DNA of 32,000 nt from assembly GCF_000011805.1 (NCBI RefSeq), contig NC_006840.2; one strand, 5' to 3'. The notes beneath the pieces are model-generated. The model saw only the letters and a list, made by a program, of their open reading frames with translations, did no database searches and was not told where the DNA came from. A program made the position numbers and the translations under genes. Position 1 is the first letter of the stretch; each line of letters begins with the position of its first letter. Positions 11,401-21,300 of this stretch are shown one piece after another. Origin of the DNA: Aliivibrio fischeri ES114. GTDB lineage: Bacteria; Pseudomonadota; Gammaproteobacteria; Enterobacterales; Vibrionaceae.

Positions 11401-12306
11401 TTCTCGTTCACCCGTCATAAAGATCAGAATGTCACCCAGCCCTTCTTCACACAGTTCATCTACTGCATCAAAGATACCTTCTAATTGGTCACGATCGGTA
11501 TCATCACCATCTTCAACAATTGGACGATAACGAGTTTCAACCGGATAAGTACGACCAGATACTTCAATCATTGGTGCATTATTGAAGTGTTTTGAGAAAC
11601 GCTCAGGATCGATAGTTGCTGACGTGATAATGACTTTTAAATCAGGACGCTTTGGTAATAACTCACGTAAATAACCCATAATAAAATCGATGTTTAAGCT
11701 GCGTTCGTGCGCTTCATCGATAATTAATGTGTCATATTGATTTAAGTAACGGTCATTCTGGATCTCAGCCAGTAAGATACCATCCGTCATTAATTTAACT
11801 TGTGTACGGTCAGAGACTTGATCATTAAAACGAACTTTATAACCAACATGGCTACCTAGTTCTGTCTCCATCTCTTCAGCAATACGATCTGCTACTGAAC
11901 GAGCCGCTAAACGACGAGGTTGCGTATGACCAATATTACCAAACTTACCGCGACCTAGTTCTAAACAGATTTTAGGTAACTGCGTGGTTTTACCTGAACC
12001 GGTTTCACCAGCAACGATAACCACTTGGTTATTTTTGATTGCTTCTGCAATTTCATCTTTTTTCTGGCTAACAGGTAGTTGTTCTGGGTAAGAAATCGTC
12101 GGACGATCAGTTTCACGATTATTCGCCGTTTGCATTGATTGTGCGATATCTAATGCAATTTCATCAAACACGGCGTGTCTTGATTCTTCTTTTTTGATTC
12201 GAGATGCGCCTTGAATGCGTTTACTTAGGCGAAAACGATCACGCATCATACATTCACTTAATGCTTTTCTAAGTGTTGATGCTGAATTTTGATTTGATTG
12301 ACTCAA
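8410..12306 (-). CDS. hrpA: ATP-dependent RNA helicase HrpA
   Basis: 1298 aa. DEAH helicase motifs GETGSGKTTQ, DEAHERS, SATID, QRKGRCGR. TTG start at 12306 preceded by AGGA; the N-terminus aligns with known HrpA upstream of MMRDR. Confidence 0.95.
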   Translation of the reverse strand: MSQSNQNSASTLRKALSECMMRDRFRLSKRIQGASRIKKEESRHAVFDEIALDIAQSMQTANNRETDRPTISYPEQLPVSQKKDEIAEAIKNNQVVIVAGETGSGKTTQLPKICLELGRGKFGNIGHTQPRRLAARSVADRIAEEMETELGSHVGYKVRFNDQVSDRTQVKLMTDGILLAEIQNDRYLNQYDTLIIDEAHERSLNIDFIMGYLRELLPKRPDLKVIITSATIDPERFSKHFNNAPMIEVSGRTYPVETRYRPIVEDGDDTDRDQLEGIFDAVDELCEEGLGDILIFMTGEREIRDTAEALEKRNLRDTEIVPLYARLSAQEQNRVFQPHAGRRIVLATNVAETSLTVPGIKYVIDPGTARISRYSYRTKVQRLPIEAISQASANQRKGRCGRVSEGICIRLYSEEDFISRPEFTDPEILRTNLASVILQMTALGLGDIQAFPFVEAPDNRNIQDGIKLLEELGAINSNAKDPKKSLTKVGRELARLPIDPRLARMVLEAPKYNALQEVMIIAAALSIQDPRERPSDKKQQSDDKHKRFNHEDSDFLTFVNVWEHVKAKQKELSSNQFRKQCRKDFLNYLRVREWQDVHYQLSQVMKELNYKVNQEAAGYQGVHTAILAGMLSHIGQKDQEKNEYQGARNARFHIFPASGLFKKQPKWVMVAELVETSKLWGRIVAKIQPEWIEPLAGHLIKRSYSEPHWSKKSAAVMAYEKVTIYGIPIVPKRQINYGAIDAPVCREIFIRSALVEGDWHTKHQFFKQNRKLLQEVEELEHKSRRRDILVDDDQLAEFYDQRVGVDVVSGRHFDTWWKKAQKETPELLNFEKEMLFRGDASHVTDLDYPNFWHQGNLKLKLSYQFEPGQDSDGVTVHVPLPILNQVEPYGFDWQIPGLRHELVMALIKSLPKTVRKNFVPAPNYADAFLSRAVPFEAPLLDSLEKELRRMTGFEVFRDDWKLEQIPDHLKVTYRVVDHRNRKLKESRDLYELKEGLKDKVQETLSQVADDDIEQKGLKTWSFGELPTLYKQKRGGFEVKAYPAIVDGKDSVEIKLFETEEEQHNAMKAGQRRLILLNVPSPIKYLHDNLPNKSKLGLYFNQYGRVMDLIDDCIACGIDKLIDEQGGLVWQPEAFEKMKEHIRAELGDTVVEIAKQVETILTTAFQIQKKLKGRVDLSMAFALSDIKAQIENLIFKGFATECGWKRLQDIHRYMKAIERRMEKLPIDPNRDRMHLLKVEGITSDYKELLNKIPKGQPIPDKVKEIRWMIEELRVSYFAQQLGTPYPVSDKRVKNAIADC

Positions 12307-12487
12307 AATATTTCCTACTGAATCTTTTATTTATTCTAATAACTAAAGCAATTCTATCACATTCTTGTCTCTATCGAGCCTTAGTAGACAAAAATCTGTT
12401 TTACTTAAATGTAATAATTCTCGATTGCTCGAACTAATACCTATTTGCTAAACTGAATAGATTAATCCCAACCATTAAGACAGTCGT

Positions 12488-12814
12488 ATGGAATTTAACG
12501 GTAAGCAAATCGAGCGTGACGCTCAAGGGTATTTAAAAAACCACACAGATTGGTGTGAAGAGTTAGTTCCACTTCTAGCAAAAGAAGAGAATATTGAACT
12601 GACCGAAGCTCACTGGGAAGTAGTACGTTTCGTTCGTAACTTTTACGATGAATTTAAAACCTCTCCAGCAGTTCGCATGCTTGTAAAAGCAATGGAAAAA
12701 GAGCATGGCCCTGAAAAAGGTAACAGCAAATACCTATTTCAATTATTTAAGTTAGGACCTGCAAAACAAGCGACAAAATTAGCGGGTTTACCGAAACCGG
12801 CAAAATGTCTATAA
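12488..12814 (+). CDS. tusE: TusE/DsrC/DsvC family sulfurtransferase subunit
   Basis: 108 aa, [27 protein letters not shown]...KPAKCL; C-terminal conserved Cys. Confidence 0.92.
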   Translation: MEFNGKQIERDAQGYLKNHTDWCEELVPLLAKEENIELTEAHWEVVRFVRNFYDEFKTSPAVRMLVKAMEKEHGPEKGNSKYLFQLFKLGPAKQATKLAGLPKPAKCL

Positions 12815-12845
12815 CATCGCTCTTATTGCTTAACTTTGGCAAGAA

Positions 12846-13118
12846 TTAATACATTTTAAAATCCGTTAATTCTTGCCATTGTGTCTCTTCTTGCTTTATT
12901 GAATCCACTCTCGCTAATTGCGGTCCAACTTGTAACCATTCAAGAAATTGATTAATTTTATCTTTACTGCCACATACTAACACTTCGACAGAACCATCTT
13001 CTTGATTACGTGCATAGCCAGTTAAACCAAGTTTTAACGCGTTATGAGCGGTATGAAAACGAAAACCTACACGCTGTACTTTTCCCTTTACATTAAATAG
13101 ATACGATTTTTGTGACAT
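12846..13118 (-). CDS. yccX: Acylphosphatase
   Basis: 90 aa, GKVQRVGFRFHTAHNALKLGLTGYARNQEDGSVEV signature. Confidence 0.93.
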   Translation of the reverse strand: MSQKSYLFNVKGKVQRVGFRFHTAHNALKLGLTGYARNQEDGSVEVLVCGSKDKINQFLEWLQVGPQLARVDSIKQEETQWQELTDFKMY

Positions 13119-13204
13119 GCCTCACCTATAAGTGTCGATTATAATAAGAATTTCTTAATCATGAGATATTATCCTTCGCTCCTCATCATATATACGGATT
13201 TATT

Positions 13205-14608
13205 ATGAAAGAAACGGCATTTCGTTGGATTGACAAATATCTTATTCACCTCAAGATCCAAGAAAAATTTTATTTACTCTTCTTACTTCCAGCTTTGGCA
13301 CTTTTTAGCCTGATGTTTATTATGAACTCAGCCGCTGACAGTATGATGTCTAAAACTTTAGAACATGAAGTTCAATTTATTGCTTCTATGTTAGATCAAC
13401 AAAATGTATCTCGCCAAGATGCAATTACCCTACTTTCTCAATCAGCAGAGTTTACTGTGGGTTCTGGTGAGCATACCGCTTATGTTGCTTCTGGAAACTA
13501 CAGCATAAATGCAAATTCTGATGTAACCCTATGGTCTACATTATCAAGCCTACAATTATCATTAATCATAGGCATTTTATTGGTAATGGCCATTGGTGTT
13601 TATTACATTATGACATTCATCGGTGGCGCTATGTTCACAATGAATAAAGCATTAGAAACACTTGAGTCTGGTGATCTTACGCAACGTCTAAACTTCTTCC
13701 CAGTAAGAGATGAATTTAGCACCATTGCTATGACCATTGATAAACTGGCAGAGCGTGAACAACAGTTAGTGTTAGCCATGCAAGAATCCGTGGCACTAAT
13801 TCAACAAATGAGTTCAGAATTAAGCCAAAACAGTTATAAAAGTTCAGATGCTTCTGATAAGCAATTAGCTCAACTTGATCTCTTATCTAGCGCAGCAGAA
13901 GAGATGGCTACATCTATTCAAGAGGTAGCAAGCTATACACATGAAGCCTCTTCTCAATCAACGGATGCGATGGAATCTGCACGCTTAGGGCAATCTCAAG
14001 TTGATTCTGCCGTTAGCTCTATTCAAGCTTTAGCACAAGAAATTAATCAAGCGGCAAATGCGGTTCAAGAATTAGATTCAGATGCTGCAAAAATTGATGA
14101 AGTGGTGACTACAATCAACGCTATTTCTGAACAAACTAATTTATTAGCGCTTAATGCCGCAATTGAAGCTGCACGAGCTGGTGAGCAAGGTCGTGGATTT
14201 GCAGTGGTTGCCGACGAAGTTCGTACATTAGCAAGCAGAACTCAACAAGCAACGGTTGAGATTCAGACCATGATTGAAGCATTACAAAATAACAGTAAGT
14301 CATTATTAACATTAACGTCGAACACGGTGACTAATGCTGAAACTGGTCAAGAATTAATGCATAAAGTTCACAATGATATTTCAAACATTGCAGAGCGTAA
14401 CGATACGATAGCTCAAAGTAATAATGAAATCGCAACCGCAGCAACTCAACAAGGAGAAGTTGCGGCAAGTATCGCTTCAACCGTTGAAGATGTTCGTACT
14501 CAGTCAAATCAAGTTCATCAGATGATCAAAGATTCTGAATCGAATATCGAACAATTGCGAATAAAAGGCCAAGATTTAGAGTTACTATTAAATGGCCTAA
14601 AAGCATAG
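13205..14608 (+). CDS. Methyl-accepting chemotaxis protein with a short periplasmic region
   Basis: 467 aa. Two TM segments flank about 70 aa; HAMP-like linker; hallmark signalling tip [44 protein letters not shown]. Confidence 0.92.
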   Translation: MKETAFRWIDKYLIHLKIQEKFYLLFLLPALALFSLMFIMNSAADSMMSKTLEHEVQFIASMLDQQNVSRQDAITLLSQSAEFTVGSGEHTAYVASGNYSINANSDVTLWSTLSSLQLSLIIGILLVMAIGVYYIMTFIGGAMFTMNKALETLESGDLTQRLNFFPVRDEFSTIAMTIDKLAEREQQLVLAMQESVALIQQMSSELSQNSYKSSDASDKQLAQLDLLSSAAEEMATSIQEVASYTHEASSQSTDAMESARLGQSQVDSAVSSIQALAQEINQAANAVQELDSDAAKIDEVVTTINAISEQTNLLALNAAIEAARAGEQGRGFAVVADEVRTLASRTQQATVEIQTMIEALQNNSKSLLTLTSNTVTNAETGQELMHKVHNDISNIAERNDTIAQSNNEIATAATQQGEVAASIASTVEDVRTQSNQVHQMIKDSESNIEQLRIKGQDLELLLNGLKA

Positions 14609-14906
14609 TTAATAAATTTAAGCCATTTATATTTTTTATTTATAGATGGCTTTCATCCCTTCCACTTAAATATATGTGTCAACATTCGTTTGACGCTTAT
14701 TTACAATAAGTAACATTTTTATCATTAGATATATTTCAAACCGATATTAAATGCGAAATACATCACACTTCCTATCTTTATTTTACTATAAATTCCGCTC
14801 TCAGGTGCTTTACAAAAATGCACTTATTTATATAACAAAATAACACTATTTTTGAATATATATCAAATAATGATATTTATTTGCATATACATTCAGGAGA
14901 GCAAAC

Positions 14907-16868
14907 ATGAACCACTCCTTTATATTTAAACTATCGCTAAATAAACCTTTACTAGCGTTATTGCTTGCACCAGTTTTCACTTCTCTTATTTTATTCGCTA
15001 TCGTTGCTTTCTTAATTGACGCTCGCAATAATGAAGTTGAAGATAATATTATTCAAACCGCAGAAAGAGCCGCTCTTGGTTCTGAAATTATGCAACTACG
15101 CCACAATTGGCAAGAAATCCGTGTAAAAAATAGAGATACAATGTCTGAAAATGGACAAGCTATGCAAGAGCAACAAAAAGAATTACAAAAGGCATTTGTA
15201 TCCACAAACACCCATATCAAAGAGAACATTCTGACATCAAAGGTCTTAAGTGATGCAGGTAAGTCCGATATAGCTAATTTACAAAAAACATTAATTGATT
15301 ACGAAAAAAGTATTAATACTTCAGTAAAAATATTAACTGAGTTATATGATGCTCAAATCGCCACTCCTATTTTTTGGCAACCAATGGTTGAAGTACTTAC
15401 TTTTATTGGTCCTATATATAATGGTTCTGCATCAGATTGGGAAAAAGAGCGCATTACTTTTACCACTAACGTAGAGCGTTTTTATGACAGTTTAAGTCGA
15501 ATGGTTAATGGTAGAGATTTGAGCGAACAAAAAACAGCAGAACAATATCTTACTTCAATTACTTCTTTTTTAAGTCAATATAATAAATACCCTGAGGTTA
15601 AATACTTCACTGATAATGTTTTTGGTTCATATTTATCTCTATACCAAGAAAGTATTAACACCTTAAAAGCAAACTCTGAGCAGTCTAAACTACGTGTAAA
15701 GATGGTTGAAGATATTACTAATGTGATTTCAACTGTAAATGCACGTCAAGTTGAATTCACGCAAACACTAAATCAACGTTCTTTGAATGCAAGTAAAAAT
15801 GTGGAAAACACTCAAATTTGGTCATGGCTTGGTGCTGCCCTACTTTCTACATTTATCGCCCTCTTACTTGCTCGTAATATTAATAATGTCTTAGCTGCAA
15901 TTTCAAAAACAATTGCGGCAATGGCTAAACAAAATTTAGCGACATTAACTAATTTATCAGGCACAAACGAGCTTGCGGTGCTTGCTACAAATCTAGATGC
16001 TTCAATTAAGAATATGGCCAATATGGTTGGCTCTGTCAGAGAACAAAGTAATGATGTTGCTTCTTCTTCAACTGAACTTGCGTGTGTTATGACACAAAGC
16101 TCAAGCAATGCTGAAGAACAAAGTGCGCAAATTGAACAAATTGCAGCTGCAGTCACTGAACTATCAGCCTCTTCAAACTTAGTGGCTGATTCTGCGAAAA
16201 ATACAGAATTACAAGCAACAGAAGCAGCAACACTGTGTGAATTAGGCCAAGAGATTGCTGAGCAAAATAAAACGCGTGCCGATGACTTAACCACTCAATT
16301 AAGTGAAACAGCATCGGTTGTAGAAAACTTACGTACTCACTGTGTAAGTATTGAGGAAGTCGCAACGGTTATTAATAACATCTCAGAACAAACTAACTTA
16401 CTAGCACTTAATGCAGCGATTGAAGCAGCCCGTGCTGGTGAAATGGGACGAGGTTTTGCGGTTGTTGCCGATGAAGTTCGTAACCTTGCAGGGAAAACAC
16501 AACAATCAACGGTTCACATTAAGAAGATCATTTCTGAATTGCAATCTTACTCATTAGATGCGACAGAAAAAGTAGACGGCTGTTTAAACACGATTACCTT
16601 AACTCGTGAAACGTCAATTCAATCTTACGATCACTTAACGAACATCAACGCTGCAATTCAGTCTATTTACGGCAGCTCAACTGAAATGGCTTCAGCTGCG
16701 CTACAACAATCAAATGCGGTTGAAGAAATTACAGGAACGGTTATTGGTATTAAAGAAATCATTAATCAAAACGTAACTGGTATTGAAGAATCAAGTAAAG
16801 CGTCAAACTTCTTATCAGAGCTAGCAGAACAACAACGCTCACAACTTGAGCTGTTTAAAATTAAATAA
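14907..16868 (+). CDS. Methyl-accepting chemotaxis protein with a large helical periplasmic sensor domain
   Basis: 653 aa. TM1, roughly 270-aa helical sensor region, TM2, HAMP, signalling tip [41 protein letters not shown]. Confidence 0.92.
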   Translation: MNHSFIFKLSLNKPLLALLLAPVFTSLILFAIVAFLIDARNNEVEDNIIQTAERAALGSEIMQLRHNWQEIRVKNRDTMSENGQAMQEQQKELQKAFVSTNTHIKENILTSKVLSDAGKSDIANLQKTLIDYEKSINTSVKILTELYDAQIATPIFWQPMVEVLTFIGPIYNGSASDWEKERITFTTNVERFYDSLSRMVNGRDLSEQKTAEQYLTSITSFLSQYNKYPEVKYFTDNVFGSYLSLYQESINTLKANSEQSKLRVKMVEDITNVISTVNARQVEFTQTLNQRSLNASKNVENTQIWSWLGAALLSTFIALLLARNINNVLAAISKTIAAMAKQNLATLTNLSGTNELAVLATNLDASIKNMANMVGSVREQSNDVASSSTELACVMTQSSSNAEEQSAQIEQIAAAVTELSASSNLVADSAKNTELQATEAATLCELGQEIAEQNKTRADDLTTQLSETASVVENLRTHCVSIEEVATVINNISEQTNLLALNAAIEAARAGEMGRGFAVVADEVRNLAGKTQQSTVHIKKIISELQSYSLDATEKVDGCLNTITLTRETSIQSYDHLTNINAAIQSIYGSSTEMASAALQQSNAVEEITGTVIGIKEIINQNVTGIEESSKASNFLSELAEQQRSQLELFKIK

Positions 16869-16887
16869 AATCACTACCCTAATCTAG

Positions 16888-16920
16888 CCATGGAAAGTTT
16901 AAAGCTTTCCATGGTTTATT
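16888..16920 (+). terminator. Probable Rho-independent terminator after the second MCP
   Basis: CCATGGAAAG-TTTAAAG-CTTTCCATGG followed by a T-rich stretch (TTTATTTAATTTT). Confidence 0.6.
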
Positions 16921-17031
16921 TAATTTTCACCTCTATTCCCCTTTCCTCACTATATAAATCGTTTTATTCATTGCTTTTATGACACGCATCACAGAGAATA
17001 TCGGCTCACTTTTTATCAACAGAGCATCAAT

Positions 17032-18222
17032 ATGACTGTTTCAATTTATTTAGCAAAAGGACGTGATAAAGCATTGCGTCGTCGTCACCCTTGGATCTTC
17101 TCTCGCGGTATTGACCGTATCGATGGTAAAGCAGAACTAGGTGAAACAGTTGAGATTTATGCAAACAACGGCGAATGGCTTGCTCGTGGTGCGTTTTCTC
17201 CACAGTCTCAGATCCGTGCTCGTGTTTGGACTTTTGATAAAAACGAAGCGATTGATAAAGATTTCTTTGTTCGTAAATTAAATCAAGCTCAAGCATTACG
17301 TAATGTATTAGCTGAGCGTGATGGTTTAACTGGTTATCGTTTAATTGCTGCTGAATCAGATGGCTTACCGGGCATCACGATTGACCGTTACCAAGATTAC
17401 TTTGTGTGCCAATTACTAAGTGCTGGCGCAGAAGCAACGAAAGAGCTATTAGTTGAAGCATTAGTTGAATGCTACCCTGACTGTAATATTTACGAGCGCT
17501 CAGATGTGTCAGTTCGTAAAAAAGAAGGTCTAAAACAACGTACAGGTGTTCTACACGGTGAAGAGCCACCAGAGTCAGTAGTTATTGAAGAGAATGGCGT
17601 GAAAATTAGCGTTGATATCGTAAATGGCCATAAAACAGGTTTCTATCTTGACCAACGTGATAGCCGTGAACGTGCTTGTAAATACGTAAAAAATAAATCA
17701 GTTCTAAACTGTTTCTCTTATACTGGTGGTTTTGGTTTATACGCTCTAAAAGGCGGCGCAAAACACGTGATTAATGCGGATGTATCTCAACTTGCTTTAG
17801 ACACAGCGAAATACAATGCTGAGATCAATAAATTTGATTTATCTAAAGCTGAATTCTTAAATGCAGATGTGTTTAAGTTATTGCGTGAATACCGTGATAA
17901 CGGTACTAAATTTGATGTTGTTATTATGGATCCACCTAAATTTGCTGAATCTAAAAATCAGCTGACAGGTGCATGCCGTGGCTATAAAGACATTAACATG
18001 TTAGCAATGCAAATTCTAAACCCAGGCGGTACGCTATTAACTTACTCATGTTCTGGTTTAATGGATGCGGGTTTATTCCAAAAAATTGTTGCTGATGCTG
18101 CACTAGATGCTCATCGTACGGTTCAGTTTATTGAACGCTTTGAACAAGCAGCGGATCATCCTTTAGATTCTGCTTACCCTGAGGGTTTCTACCTTAAAGG
18201 TTTTGCTTGTCGAGTTGTATAG
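17032..18222 (+). CDS. rlmI: 23S rRNA (cytosine(1962)-C(5))-methyltransferase RlmI
   Basis: 396 aa, PUA-like N-terminus ([24 protein letters not shown]) and methyltransferase motifs ([31 protein letters not shown]). Confidence 0.93.
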   Translation: MTVSIYLAKGRDKALRRRHPWIFSRGIDRIDGKAELGETVEIYANNGEWLARGAFSPQSQIRARVWTFDKNEAIDKDFFVRKLNQAQALRNVLAERDGLTGYRLIAAESDGLPGITIDRYQDYFVCQLLSAGAEATKELLVEALVECYPDCNIYERSDVSVRKKEGLKQRTGVLHGEEPPESVVIEENGVKISVDIVNGHKTGFYLDQRDSRERACKYVKNKSVLNCFSYTGGFGLYALKGGAKHVINADVSQLALDTAKYNAEINKFDLSKAEFLNADVFKLLREYRDNGTKFDVVIMDPPKFAESKNQLTGACRGYKDINMLAMQILNPGGTLLTYSCSGLMDAGLFQKIVADAALDAHRTVQFIERFEQAADHPLDSAYPEGFYLKGFACRVV

Positions 18223-18269
18223 CACTCACTTTAATTATTAAGCTATTGATAGCCAATTAAAAATCAATA

Positions 18270-18305
18270 AAAAAGGCGAGCAGGTATTACCTACTCGCCT
18301 TTTTA
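18270..18305. terminator. Bidirectional Rho-independent terminator between rlmI and the adhesin gene
   Basis: AAAAAGGCGAGCAGG-TATTA-CCTACTCGCCTTTTT, one mismatch in the stem, between convergent genes. Confidence 0.88.
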
Positions 18306-18322
18306 TATTCACTTAAACGTTA

Positions 18323-21300
18323 TTAATCTACTTTAAACATATTAAAATCATTATAAAGTGTACTTAGGATATCTTGGTCACTCATAGAGCCCAAATCACT
18401 GATACCTAGTGTCGTACTATCAACACCTTTTAGAGTGATATCTGTTTGATTTCCTAATTCATCAGTAACAGACAATACAGTTTGCGAGTTGCTATCATCA
18501 ATATTCACATTAATATGTTGCAGCATATCATCCATGGTTGAGCTAGCTTGAATTGAATCAGGTAATAACTCAGCTAAATCAAGAATATCTGCCTCATTAT
18601 TAGCTGCAACCCCATCAACAGCAAAGTCAGCAATAGATGTTTGAGCTGGTGAAGCTGAACTGCCTGCAATTTCATCTGCAAAATAGAAGATATCATTACC
18701 ACCACCACCGGTTAGGATGTCGTTTTGACCTGAAGCATATAGCGTATTATTCGCTTCATTACCAAAGGTGTCAGACACAACCAGATGTCCTGAATTAGTG
18801 AGCGACGTTAATTTCTCTTCATCAGTCATTGATGCTGTTGATTCTCCAGTTAACTCATCTAGAGTAACACCATCAACAACAATGGTTTGGACCGTGCTCC
18901 CTGCTTCATTGATATAAATTTCAGTGCTACCATCAACTTCTGAAATTTGTATTTGAGAAGCAAGTGTAGCCGAATCCCAAACAGTAGTGATATTAGCGAT
19001 GTCAGTTAAATCAATTCTGTCGCTATTTACGTCAAAATCTTTAATGATATCGCGAGCTAAATCTCCACCAATCGATGCATTTGTCCATGTGAATGTATCA
19101 GCCGTTCCCGCATCAGATAAATCTAATGGATTACCAAACAACAATTCATCATTTGTCGTCCCAGTTAAAATATCTGAGCCAGAAACGCCTTGAACCACAT
19201 TAGGCGCAGCTACGGCAACTGTGATGACCTGTTGAGTAATGCCACCTTTTCCATCTGATGCTTCAACAGTGAAAACGTCTGTCGTATCAGTTGCTAATGC
19301 CAAGGTACTGTTTTCAGTAAGAACATATGTCCATAACCCTGCAGCATTGATGCTTAACGTACCATAAACACCTGTAGCTGAAGATGATGAGGAGATTTGC
19401 CATCCTATCGGATCACTCTCTGCATCGGTTGCATTTAATTGACCAGAAACCGTCTCAACAACGCCCTCTTTGACATCAGCGGTAGTGGTTCCAGTAATAA
19501 CTGGAGCATCATTCTCACCTGTAATATCAATAGTAATGACTTGCTGTGTTACCTGTCCTGTCGCATCAGTAACATCAATAACTAAAGACTCTTGTGCCCC
19601 ATCAGCACCAATTGCTTGTGCTAAGCTATCAATTAAATCGTATTCCCATTTACCTGTTGCAGGATCAACAATGAATGTGCCATATAAAGGTGTTGATGTT
19701 GTTGAAACAGTATAGCCAATTAATGTACCTTCTGGATCCAGATATGTAATCGTACCTTCTGCATGTAGCTCTCCATCTTCAACAACCGCTCCTGTCGTTT
19801 CCTGAGTCGCTCCTGCATCCACAATTGGTTGATCATCATGCCCAGTCACGCTTACCGTAATGTCTTGGGTTACTGTTCCACCATTACCATCTGAAACTTC
19901 AATTGTGAAAATTTCAGTTGCAACAGTATCACCTAAAGCTTGAGCTTTATCGTTATCCAGAAGATAAGTCCATTCACCGTTAGCATCAACAGTTAACGCT
20001 CCATATAATCCAGTTACATCTCCAGGTGTAGCTGCGGTATTTGGACCTGAAACAACAGTATAAGTGAAACTGGTATCAGTTAAATCTACATCTGATACAT
20101 CTAGTTGACCAATGGCGGTAGCTGTACCATCTTCTTCAACACTACCAATAATAACACTCGATACATCTATCGTTGGGTCGTCATTTGCACCTGTAATATT
20201 AATAGTGATCACTTGCTGTATTGTTCCACCGGTTTGATCGGTTACTTCAATAGTGTAAGTTTCTTGAGCACCAGCAACACCAATTTCTTGCGCTAATGCA
20301 TTATCTAACTCATATGTCCATGTACCATCGGCCCCCACAGTGAAGGTCCCATAAGGCGAGGATGGCGGATTAATCACATTGTAATTAATTACATCCCCTT
20401 CAGGATCCACATAAGAAACTTGACCTGTTGCTGTCAGTGTTCCGTCTTCGACTACCGTACCTTCGGTTACTTGTGGAATTGTCGTATCGATAATGGGATC
20501 ATCATCTGTACCTGTGATATTTACAGTAACGTCTTGTGTAATTACCCCACCATTTCCATCATCAATTTGAATCGTAAACGTTTCTGTAATCGTTTCATCA
20601 CCAATCTCTTGAGCTTTATCGTTATTTAATACGTAAGTCCACTTCCCGTTAGCATCCACGGTTACAGAACCATAAGCATCTGTAGGTGATGTTGTGACAC
20701 TGAAATCAAACGTTGTATCATTTAAATCTATATCTGTAATATCTAGTTGCCCTGACTGAGTCTGAGTCCCAATGCCATCTTCTTCTACATCAACAGAAAG
20801 AATACTGGTATCCACAACTTCAGGGTCATCGTTAGTACCATTTACTGTAAAGGTAATGTCTTGTGTACTACTTAAACCATGTTCATCTGTCACTTTAACG
20901 GTATAGGTTAAATCCAGTGATTCACCAACGCCTAGTTGCTGTATTTCTAACGCTGAGTTATCGATTACTAATTTATAATCACCGTTAGGATCAAAAGTTA
21001 AGGTTCCCAAGCTATCGCCACTTAGTACTTCCCAAATATGGGTATCCGCTGTATCAGGATCACCATCATCCCAATTACCTGTTACCTCAAGATTACCATC
21101 AGCATTAAGATCGGTATCTTCTGTCACCTCAGAAGGAACAGTCACAACAAGGTCTGGAGCATCATTTTCACCATTAATAGTAATCGTGATGGTCATCTCT
21201 GCCGTGTCACCTGCATCATCCGTTGCAATAATAGTGATCGTATCGGTTAACGTTTCACCTTTTGATAAACTGTTAACCGCTGGATCATTTCCATCTACAG

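Noticed and set aside
9044-11530. Plus-strand ORFs (9044..9307, 9291..9542, 9663..10010, 11225..11530) within hrpA
   Set aside because: They are antisense shadows of a well-conserved helicase gene, with no recognisable products.
14609-14906. Possible sRNA or extra terminator between the two MCP genes (AAGCCAT...ATGGCTT arms near 14620-14655)
   Set aside because: The stem is only 7 bp around a long AT-rich loop and lacks a T-run, so it is too weak to call.
15812-17569. Minus-strand ORFs over the second MCP and rlmI (15812..16294, 17027..17296, 17375..17569)
   Set aside because: They overlap strong plus-strand genes and have no family match.
18685-18740. Classical RTX nonapeptide calcium-binding array
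   Set aside because: Only one clear GGGGND-type motif is visible near the C-terminus, so this is a VCBS adhesin with a vestigial RTX motif, not a long RTX array.
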